64,000 bases of DNA from assembly GCA_013239625.1 (NCBI GenBank), contig MU057069.1, positions 1,484,018-1,548,017 on the forward strand. Reading direction: 5' to 3'. The stretch comes from Lama guanicoe. Taxonomy: Eukaryota. A model generated the notes under the pieces. The model was given only the letters and a program-made list of their open reading frames with translations. It was not told the origin of the DNA and did not search any database. Positions 47,401 through 58,030 of the stretch are shown here, in pieces (the stretch's first letter is position 1; every line of letters starts with the position of its first letter). The position numbers were made by a program, and so were the translations under genes.

Positions 47401-49437
47401 GACCCCAGGCCTCGTGTAATTCTGAAGTGTGTCTCAAAGAGCAGGGCTTTTGGCTGAACTCCAGGAGGAGCCTGCCCTGTCTGAGCCGCAGCCTCCTCGC
47501 CTGTGCGCTGGGATGGCGGCACCCTCAGCCCAGGGCTGCTGTGAGCAAGCCGGTGGAGGCGTTGCCAGAACCCTGACAGCTCCCTTCTCTTCACGACCGG
47601 CCGTGACAGGCCTGCGCTGTGGTGGCCCCGAGAGCACAGCCTGGGGGCAGACGACCCCCGTTCTCAGCCCCACACTCACCACCGTGACTTTGGGGCACAT
47701 CGCCTAGTCTGGGCCTCCGTGTCCTCGTCTTTAAAAATGGGGGCAGTGACAGCCCCCTTGTAGGGTGGTTTAAGGTTTAAATGAGACAGTGTATACCAGC
47801 ACGTGACCAGCTCAGTCCACGGTAGCTTTTATAATAAACATCCTTTAAGTATGTTATTTCTGATTCTCAGGGCAGTTCCGCAAAGTATTAGCTATTATCT
47901 CCATTTTACAAATGAAGCAACAGAGGCTTAAGTCCAACATTAGATGATGCACTTGAGCTCTTGGGATGAATGAATTGCGGAGCCAGGAGTCTGAGCCCAG
48001 GTCTGACCCCCCACGGCCCCCACCTTCGTTACGGCTGATTCTTTCCTGAACCGGGCTCTCTGGCCTCTAGAAAAAGAGCACTCCAGTCTTCGGTCAGGCA
48101 GGCCAGGGGCACGGGGTCCTGCCTTGTTTGACGTCCAGCCAGTGCTGTCTCCAAGAGGCTGGTGACTGTGTGCAGCGGCTCCCTTGCTGCCCTGTCCCCC
48201 GGCCACCTTCCTGCTCCTGCCGTCAGTGCAGTCAGCACGCGTGGCTAGGGGACAGGGCAGGATGGGCAAGGCCGCTCAAATGAAAATGGTCACACCTGCT
48301 GTTTCGGGCTAAGTTTTAGTGGAAGGAGGCAAACCCCTGGGCCCAGTGAGGTTCCCTGGTCATCTGGGGAGGTTCATTTCCCAGTCAGCTGAGATAGGAG
48401 TGGACCGGGCGGATTTACCCGTTTCAGCTGTAAAATTGCTAGGAACGCAAAACTTCCAGGTGATGTGACAGAGCCCCGGAACTCAAACCCCGGCCTGCCC
48501 CGCTCCCCGCCTGGCCGCCCTGTCAGTCCCCACCGCCCCGCGCTACCAGGACCCCCTGTGCCGAAAGGCCCACCCCGCCCTGGTCAGTGGGCACCAGCTT
48601 CCCGCCTCACTCTGCACACCTGCCCCGGGAGGGTGCCTGTTCCTGACTCCGCAGGTGAGGAAGCCACGCGGGTGAGGGTGTGGCTGTCGGAGCGCAGAGC
48701 GAGGACACGAAGGGCGTGTTCATGCTCAGGCCGTGGCCAGCCCTCTTCCTGCGCCCCCACAAGGCCTCTGGACCTCGGCGGCTCCTCCCAGGGTGCTCTC
48801 CATTTGCCACCACGTGCTGTGGGCCTGGGGAGCCCAGGGGGACGGGTCCTGGGAGGCCCGCACACCCTGTCTGACCCCGCATGATCCAGGCAGCTTGAGA
48901 GCCCGGTGGGAGAACTGAAGAGGGCAAGTTCGGGCTCTTAAGCCTTTTTTCCTCCTTCAAAGTTTGAAGACAAGAGATCTAGAGAAGTAGAGAAAAGTAC
49001 TCATCGCCGTGCGACCCGGAGGTCTCTGCTGCTGCAGACACTGCGGCCTGCTTACTTCCTGGATTATTGGTGCGTTTTTCTCACAGAGATGACGCTGTGA
49101 ATACCGTTTTGTGTTCTGGGTTTTTTCTTTCACTTAACGTAATAAGCATTTTAAGTTAAGAACCAGCGTGTAGGTACCACGTGCACATGACCACATGCTG
49201 CTCCAGCGTGTGGACGTATGGTGGTGTACTTCACCACTGCCTCAGGTATGGACATTCAGGTGGTTTTATTTTTTTCCTTGCTGTTATAACTCAGCGATAA
49301 ACCCTGGTAGGGCTTGAATCTTCGCCTTGTAGGTTATTTACTTGTAATAAATTCCTTTAAGTAGAATCACCACGTCAAAAGGTTCTTGCTCCAAAAGCTT
49401 GATACTGCCTTGTGTCGTCTCAGCCTTTACGGGACCC

Positions 49438-49472
49438 GTGGAGGGTCCCGGTGGAGGGTCCCAGTGGAGGGT
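49438..49472. repeat. Short 13-bp tandem repeat (~3 copies) GTGGAGGGTCCCR
   Basis: gtggagggtcccg gtggagggtccca gtggagggt. Confidence 0.8.
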
Positions 49473-51860
49473 TAGCGTGTGGGATGGGGTTGGGGACGGT
49501 TTCCTTGAAGAGAGTTTTTAGGCCACTTCTGAAGCTGCTGGTTGTTAACTGGAGTGGAAGCAGATGGGTGTAGTGGGGAGACGCTACCTACATTTCCAGG
49601 CAGAGACGAAGGGACCGATGCCCAGAGCTGCCGGTGCGTGTGGACCTGAGGGAGCTGGGGCTGGGGAGCAGGATGTCGGGCGAGGCCCGGTGACAGCCTG
49701 GACTTTCCATAACGGCAGGGGAAACTGGGGGGGCTTGAAGCAGACTGGGGACGTGAGGAGACTTTCATGCTGAAAGGTCACCTGGCTGCGGGGTGGAGCA
49801 CAGACTGGACAGGGCTGGAAGGAGGCTGCGAGGCCAGTTAGGTCCCTCACATAAGAGGGGTTCCTCGCAGGCTTTGCTAAATTGATGGGAGATAGTGCAT
49901 TTCGTTTAAACTTATGTTTCTTTCATTCCTGCTGAGGTTGGATATTTTTAAGTTGATTTGCCACCCAAATGTCTTCATGTGTGACTTGGCTCCGTGTGTC
50001 CTAACGGGTCCCGGAGCGTTAAGGCACCCTTGTTGCAGATTTCAGGATGGTGGGGCAGACGCAGGATTCAGCTCCACATCAGAGCTTTTGGAGACCTAGC
50101 GAGGGGAGGTGATGGATGCCCTGGGTGCTGACACCAGCACTGAGGCCCCAGGCCCACTGCCCTCTGCCCTCTCCAGGCCTCCTCACGCTGGCCCTGAGTC
50201 TGGGCCTCTGAAAGCACAGCTCAGCAGGCCGCCCGTGAGCGTTTGCTGGGATGGAGGAGGTGAGAGAGGACAGGGCCTTCAGCGTGAAGTTACCACTCAG
50301 GCCCGACTCACGGTTCAGCCGCCTCCCCAGCGTTAACGGCATCCCGCTTGTAGGTCTTCCGTGTTGCGACTTTTATTAGCTTGCTATTTTGATAGCCACA
50401 GAAGCTTGCCGCGGAAGCTGCAGGCAGGGGCTTGCCAGGAGCGCACCCCGATGGGAGGAGCTTTTCTTCCTGACTGAGCGGTGGCCTCGTGCGTTCCGGT
50501 TCCCCCTGGGCTCCAGTGTGTGCCGGGGGCAGAGGCAGCACGGGAGGCTGGCGATGGCCCGCGTCTCTCTCTGCAGCATCTCGGCTAGAAACCCACAGGA
50601 GCTTGAGCCTGCGTCTCACTCTGGGTGTTTTCCCCGTTAATCTGACCAGTCTCAGACGGTCGAGGCGCTGCCATCACAGCGCGGCCCCGTCACGGTGCCT
50701 GTGTGCATGGCCGTGCCCTTGCTGGGGCTGAAGCCCTCCGTCTTTGACGTTGAACTTCACCCCCAGACCAGATAAGGCGGGGCGGAGAGTTGTCTGAGCT
50801 GACCCCCTAGGGGCCTTCCAGAAACGATTCCACGATTCCTGGTGACTGTAGAGGTTAACAGGCTTAGAAATCATAAATATGGTTACCAAAGAAACACAAA
50901 TACCTCGCAGAACAATTTGGAAAGTTACCCTCCTCCCCGACAAAACCCAAGCGGACTCAGACAGGGCGGTTCTCACCCTGAGGAGCCGTCCCCCTGCCCC
51001 ACGCTGGGCTCGCTCTCCGGGCCTTTTTCCTTCGAGTGGGTGTTTGCTGGCTAGTGTGAAGCTGTGGGACTGCTTCTGTCTTGATTTTTTCCCCACTTAC
51101 TGTGTGATCACCACTTGCCCAGCGTCTGCTTTCCTCCTCACCCAGGGGCCGTGTGTGTCCGTGGGGCGCCGGCAGGCCTTTTCGGGCAACCACGTAAGGC
51201 AGGACCTTGTGGCTCCAACCAGTTTTGGGGTCCCGGTCGCGTTCTTTAAATGTCTTCAGGTCATCATCCTTTGAAGGATGGCTTTGACTTTTAAAACAAG
51301 CCAGCAGTTTTCTGCAGCCCAGTGTCGTGTGCTGGGCAGGGCCGAACTGGAGATGTGGCTGTAACAAGGGAGACCAGGTTTTTCTGTGGTTTGTGGGGAG
51401 GGCGGGGAAGGGTCAATGCTCCTCAGACACCTGTGACCGCCAGCTCGGCCGAGCCCATGAAACAAGCCAGCTCTGAACGTGGCCTGGCCGCTGTCAGTGC
51501 AGCGCCTGTCCTCAGCGTGGGCGCATCAGGCCACATGCCCAGGGGCCAGGGTGTATGGGTAGGGGAAGGGCCAAGGGACGTGCACCTTGTAACTGGTGGA
51601 TGCTGCCCACTTCCCCTTGACCTTGGGCAGCCCTGGGCCCAGCTGGAACTTTCTCTTTCACAGTCTCCCCTGCAGCTGCGTGTGGCCAGAGGGCACAGGT
51701 CTGGCCTCTGAGCAGGCGAGCCCCCTTCATTCACAGAAGGGCAAAGCCTTCTGGCCCTTGTGCCTTCTTCCTGCCTGATGCGTGGACTCTGCCTGCTGGA
51801 GCCGCAGCGCCCTGCAGTGACGGGGACAGCAGCTGCAAGGCAGCAAGATAGAGGCCCACA

Positions 51861-52335
51861 TCCTGCCTGGGACCCCGTGGGCTGCCTGGGACCCCATGTC
51901 CTGCCTGGGACCCCACGTCCTTCCTGGGACCCCAGGGTCTGCCTGAGACCCTGCATCCTGCCTGGGACTCCAGGGGCAGCCTGGGACCCCACGTCCTGCC
52001 TGGGACCCCACGTCCTGCCTGGGGCCCCACGTCCTGCCTGGGGCCCTGCATCCTGCTTGGGACTCTGGGTGCTGCCTGGGACCCCATGTCCTGCCTGGGA
52101 CCCCACGTCCTGCCTGGGACCCTGGGGGCTGCCTGGGGCCCTGCATCCTGCTTGGGACTCTGGGTGCTGTCTGGGACCTCACGTCCTGCCTGGGACCCTG
52201 GGGGCTGCCTGGGACCCCATGTCCTGCCTGGGACCCCACGTCCTGCCTGGGACCCTGGGGGCTGCCTGGGACCCTGAGTCCTGCTTGGGACTCTGGGTGC
52301 TGCCTGGGACCCCGTGTCCTGCCTGGGACTCCGGG
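51861..52335. repeat. GC-rich minisatellite, 25 x 19 bp, consensus TCCTGCCTGGGACCCCACG
   Basis: Read unit by unit: 25 indel-free variant units = 475 nt. Confidence 0.95.
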
Positions 52336-52609
52336 GGGTGCCGCAGCTCTGTACCGCCTGCTCCCAGAGTTCTCCTTGTGCCGTGAGGAAACTAACCCCA
52401 TCTGTTTACGCAAGTGTGAGGTTTTTAATTGCTTGCAGCTGAATGCAATCATAACTGATAAGGTAATGTTTTAATATTTTACAGGGGAAATGTATTTACA
52501 TATTGTGTAATTAAAAATGAAAAATAATTTAAATCCCCACAGATTTCTGGGCCCACATTAAACGCACTGAAACAGAATCTTAGGGGATGGGACTCCTATA
52601 TCTGTATTT

Positions 52610-52880
52610 TTTTTCTTTCTTTTTTTTAATTGAAGTATAGTCAGTTACAATGTGTCCATTTTTGGTGTACAGAACAATGTCCCAGTCATGCAGATACATT
52701 ATGTAGAGACATTTTCATATTCTTTTTCATTTAAGGTTATTATAGGATATTGAATGCAGTTCCCTGTGCTATACAGAAGAAATTTGTTTTCCATCTGTCT
52801 TTGTATATAGTCGTTAATATTTGCAAATCTCAAACTCCCAATTTATCCCTTCCCACCTCCTTTCCCCCGGTAACCACAAT
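52610..52880 (-). mobile_element. Younger (cetartiodactyl/camelid-type) L1 3' end, inserted in a MER5-like DNA element
   Basis: T-rich tail followed by aattgaagtatagtcagttacaatgtgt...gttccctgtgctataca...atcccttcccac...ggtaacca; MER5-like halves on both sides. Confidence 0.7.
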
Positions 52881-55637
52881 CACATACCGTATATTCAACA
52901 AACTCTCCAAACGATGCTGATGCATAATAAAATCATGTCCATACTCCTGAGTACTGCTGTCCCCATTTTATATATGGGAACACTGAGACCCGAGGAAGTT
53001 AAACACCTTATCCCAATATTTTTAAGTGGGACTTGCACCTAGCACTGTCTTGTTCCAAAGAACTCCCCCCACGCCCCCACCTCCTCCCAGCCCAGGGAGG
53101 CCTGGCTTTCCCACTGCCCCGCATCACCCTGCTCCTGAAGGAACCTTCCAGAAGGGATGGTTTGGAACTGTTGGACACAGCTTTACGCTGTGGTCTGGGG
53201 AGAGCATCACTGCACTGTGTTAGCCCCTGGAGACGACGGGTGTGTGGCTCCTGGCATAGTTGTTAAAAGGTGGACTCATAAACTCTTGGTCTCATCCTCT
53301 GTTTTTGAAACGACAGGCCTTTAAAGATGTTCATTGACTTCTCGCAAAAGCTTTGCAAATGAGATGTTACTATTCCCATCCCACAGACGTGGAGACTGAG
53401 GCTCAGAGAGCTTTAGTTACTTGTGCAGGATCACCCAGCCAGTAAATAGCAGAATCAATGTGGGCTGAGGTCAGCCTGACTCGGGCTGTCCGGAGTCTGT
53501 GTGGCTTTCCTCCTTGGGTCTGGTGTGGCACTGTCTGAGGGGCTCGGTGTGAGGAGGCCTCTCTGACCGGGAGAACTGGGGAAGTCTCTGTGGAGGAGGC
53601 TGGATCGGAGAGTTTCAGGTGAGGAGAGAGAAGTTTGAGAAGGCTGGGGTGTATTCTGGGAATGAAGAGGAGTCCTGCTTGATTGAAATGTGTGGTTCCT
53701 TGTGGAGGTGGGGGCTGGGACGAGGGGGATGAAGCCAGGAGAGTGACAGGACAGATGGGGAAGGTGGGACGTTTTGTATCTCATGTGAAACTCCTTGCTC
53801 CTTAGTGTAAGAACAGCTGCCATAAATTCATCTCAGACTCACTCCCTTAATGTCATGAAGAAATATTCCCCCTCCTAGTGGAGTGCGGCTCATTCTGCCT
53901 TTATTCAGAGAGAGACGTTGGTGGAACGATTTGTATTTTACCTTTTTGCCCTGGCCGCCGGGAAGCTCAGGCCCGATTTAGTGTCTACTTGTGGTAACTA
54001 TCTTACCTGTCTGTTTCTTGGTGAAAAATGTCATCTTTCATTCAGTGTGGTTTCTAGTCTTCATTTCATTTTATCTAATTTGCCTTGGGGATAAATTATT
54101 AAAAACTACTGAAAATTCCTTCTGGAAACAGGCAAGATATATCCTTTAACTGTGTTTTAATGCCTGCTTAGAAGAAATGTAGACTTTCTTGCACTGTCGC
54201 AGGGAACAGCAGTGAGGGGCTGGGACAGGATAGTGAGTGACTAAAGCTTTCTTGCATTTTGATGAGCTGCTGGCAGGAGGTTGCTAGGAGGGGCATTTAC
54301 CTCTTGGACAAGGGTTGAAGTCAGTCCTTGGGAACCTCAGGAGTCACTGAATATGAGGAAGGGGCTACAGGCGTGTCTGCTGTGGGGCTCTGCGACCCTC
54401 CTGGCCCTGCCAGGTCTGAAGTCATGTCCCTCACACGACCCGCGACCTTTTCTTCCGTCTTCACAGCAGTCACTCCCTAGAACCACCTGGATTGGTTTTT
54501 GGCTCTTTTCAGGAGAAGGCACTGACGTTGTGTGGGGGCAGTGCTGGTCCTCCCAGCCCGGGTGCTGGGCTGCACTGGTTCCGAGGCGGCCCTCGGCTTT
54601 GCCTTCCACGCCGCCCCTGGGGGTGTGCATTGGGAACCAGCTCACAAACACAGAATGAGGCTTTTCCCTGCGGTCCAGGGAAGATCTGGACCGGAAGTCG
54701 CTAGGCTCGTTTTTCCCGGCACGCTTCCTGGGCCCAGGTCGCAGGGCACTCTGTGACCCAGGGATGGGAGCCCTGCCCCCTGGTCCCACCAGGGACACCT
54801 TTCCTGACTGGTCCCTGTGGGTGTGAGCAGGACAGAGCCAATCACAGCCTGAGCCTGGGCAGTGGCCCTTGCTGCTCCGTTCAGATCGGGGAGCATGTCT
54901 GAACACTGGCTATGTGCTGCAGAGTCCTTGGTCTCCCAGGGGCGGCAGGTCCGTGCGGGGCCACCAGGCTGCAGGAGAGTCAGCGAGGGAGGCCGTGGGT
55001 CCCAGGGGAGCGCAGTTAATTCAGCGGAGGTGGTGTGCACTCGGGCGTCGGGGAGCAGCCGCGGAGTGAGAGGGGAAGGCCTGCGTTCCGGCCTCGGGGA
55101 ATTAGTGTGCAGGGAACGCTTTATGCCGCCTGGCTTCACTTAGCATTCCTGCACTGATTTCCACTCAGCGACCAGGCCGAGAGATTTGTCATTTTCAAAA
55201 GCCACGTACATTTCCTGCCTTACTGATGTACCCTGGTGCTCAGCCACCCTCTCGTTTGCTGGGATTTGTCGAGAGAACAACAGAGCTTTTCTCAATTAGG
55301 CATCTTCGCAGAATCAGTGCTCCCCTCCCCCAACTTACTTCCTTAGGGGCGTGTTGCTGGGTCAAAGTTATCAATGGTTTTGTCTTTCCTTTTGAATATT
55401 TTTCTTCTTCTTATGGAAAGTTTCAAACATCTACAAAAGGAGAAAGGCCATTATGCTGAACTCCCATGTATTTAGGGGTGAGTTTCAACAGTTAGAGTCA
55501 GGGCAGCTTTGGTTGATCTGCAGCCCACACTTTTCCTGTCCTGGATTGTTTTGTGATAAATCCCCGACATGACAGAATAGAAGTACCGAAGTGTGTATTT
55601 CTAAAGGATAGGGATCTTAAAAAGTATAACCACAGCT

Positions 55638-55791
55638 GCGGAGGGTGTAGCTCAGTGGTGGAGCGCGTGCTTAGCACGCACGAGGTCCTGGGTACAATCT
55701 CCAGTCCCTCCGTTTAAAAAAAAAATCTAATAATAAATGAATAGACCTAAGGAACTCCCCTCCAAAAAATAAAGTAAAAATTTCAAAAAAA
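55638..55791 (+). mobile_element. tRNA-Ala-derived SINE (Vic-1-like, long form)
   Basis: GGAGGGTGTAGCTCAGTGGTGGAGCGCGTGCTTAGCACGCACGAGGTCCTGGGTACAATC, an A-run, the acctaa...ctcccc segment and an A-rich tail; degenerate TSD AAAAAGT(G)ATAAC. Confidence 0.85.
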
Positions 55792-57244
55792 GTGATAACT
55801 ATCAGCACATCTTAAAGATTAATTTATAATGTCATGAAACACCTGGTCATCCAGCTGAACGTTTAAGATTTCTCTGCGTTTTCTGTGGCCATTCTTGGGG
55901 GGCCGAATGGTTGTCTGCACCAGCCTGTTTTCTTGGGAAGGCTTCCCTGGACGCATCCTGTGAGGCTGGGGCTCTGCCCTGAGCAGGGCACTTGCCGGCG
56001 GGTCCCGGCCTCTCTCTGGCCTCTGCCCCTTGCTGGCGTGGTCGGTGCTGCCTATGGGGGGCGGGGCTGGCTGCCCACCACTCCGGCTTCCTCGGGGGCA
56101 CCTGGCTCCACCTGCCAAGAGTGAAGCCCAGGGTGCGCAGCCTTCGGGGCCGAAGATGCTGGATAGAGACGGTGTGTTTTCCTCCAGTAACCGCTCCAGG
56201 ATGCGGGGAGATGCCGGCTCCCAGATGGACGGGGATCATCCTGCGTGCAGGCTTTGCTTGGCCTCTCTCAGGGTGTCCCGGTCAGCTCTGCGGAAAGTCA
56301 CGCAGCCGTCAGCTACATAACTTGTGTGGGGAGTCCGCAAGCTCCGGACACTGTGCCAGTGGGAACGCACACCCGGGCTGGGCCCCTTCCTCCTGTTCCA
56401 GACCACGGCTCCATGTCCGTGGACGCTCCCTGTTTGTTCTCGCTCTTGGTATCCTGGATGTTTTCAGTGGACGGATCGCAGTGGCTGCGCAGACGGTCCA
56501 GAACCCTGCGAGGCTTGGCTTTGGAACGCAGGTCCCGTGTGCCTTCTGCCTGCACCCCCCGCGCCGGCCCAGACTGTCGGTCCTCCCTCTGGTCCTCCCC
56601 CTGGCCTGGGTGCCCTGCAGGTGGCAGAAACACCCAAGTCATGGGTGACCTGCTCTGGGACAAGGGGCACTCACTGGGAGGCCTGGGCAGGACGAAGATG
56701 CCCTTGGAGAGATGGCAGGTCGGAGGCTTTCATCCCACGGGAGAGCGGACTTTGTCGTCAGCTCGAGTTTCCCTCGTGTCCAGGACAGACTCACCCTGGG
56801 CCAGGCTCGCCTTGCGGGAAGAACTAAACAGCTGAGTGTCGCTCTGGTTGCGGGTTTGCCGTTTTATTTCTTAGCTGTTTGCGGCACCGTCGCCGCCTCA
56901 CTTCCTTACAAAATAGCAGGACCAGGAAAAGTGAAGATTTGCCTCTGAGCCAAGTATTTCAACATCCTGATTATTTTTGCCTTTTCCATTTCTCTTTCAG
57001 GCATTATGCATATGCATCCTTTTTTAAAAATAGTTTTATGTCTTATATTCTTTACACCATTGCAAAAAGTTCCTGTGTGGTTTTAATAATGATTGCTTAT
57101 AATGGCTCTGTGGTATCTAAGTTGGTATATATGCCATCGTTTACTTAGCCACCACTTTTTTTACCTCATCTTTGGGAAGTTTTAAGGATTTTAAATAATA
57201 GTGCATTGAGCATGTACGTTCCTGTGTGTAGCTCCCCGCCTTGT

Positions 57245-58030
57245 TTTTACAGCTTTTCTGAGATACAGTTCGCATGCTACACCACTCGCCCATTCAAAGC
57301 GTGCAGCTCAGTGGTTTCTGGCACTCAGGCAGGGTCGCGTGGCCGCTGCCGCAGTCCGCCGCTTCAGGGCCTCTGCTCGTTCCGTGCCCGTTAGCCGTCG
57401 CTGCGCCCCAGCCCCAGGCGGCCACTCCACCACTTTCTGTCTCTGTATATTTGCCTGGCTAGACATTTCCTATCAAAGGACTCATCCAACCTCTGTTGTT
57501 GTTTTTCCCGTTTGAGAAACTGTGGTAAAATATGCATAACATAAAATGTGTCATTTTAACCGTTTTTAAATGTGCGGTTCAGTGGCACCAAGTACATGCG
57601 TGTGGTGGTGCAGCTGTCGCCACCGTTCCTACCCAGAACTCTTCCATCTTCCCAGACTGCAACCCTGTGCCCCTTAAATGCTCACGCCCCGTCCCCCGGA
57701 CCCTGGCAGCCCCCGCCTACCCTGTGTCTCCGTGAATTTGTCTGCCCCAGCTCCCCGTGTAAGTGGTGTCATGTCCGAGTTGTCCTTTTGTGAGTGGCTT
57801 CCTCACTGGGCATGATGCCTTCACGGTTCACCCACGTCGTAGCACGTCTCTGAATTTCATTCCTCTTTATTGCCAAATACTGTTCCTCTGCACGGCTAGA
57901 CTGTGTCTTGTTTCTCTGTCTGCCGTTTGATGGGCATTGGGTTGTTTCAGAATTGCGGCTGGTCTGAGCACTGCTGCGGTGGGCAAAGACGTCTTTGAGT
58001 CCCTGGGCATCCCGAGCAGCGGAATTGCCA
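57245..58030 (-). mobile_element. Two adjacent/nested ancient L1 3' end fragments
   Basis: acagcttttctgagatacagttc... and gtggtaaaatatgcataacataaaatgtgtcattttaaccgtttttaaatgtgcggttcagtggca..., both antisense L1M 3' termini. Confidence 0.6.

Noticed and set aside
51861-52335. CRISPR-like array or repetitive protein gene
   Set aside because: Units are contiguous with no unique spacers, the context is a mammalian intron, and ORFs are open on both strands simply because the repeat is stop-poor.
55638-55712. Possible functional tRNA-Ala(AGC) gene (also the copy at 34060)
   Set aside because: A-rich tail, target-site duplication, altered T-loop and acceptor stem, and multiple dispersed copies indicate SINEs.
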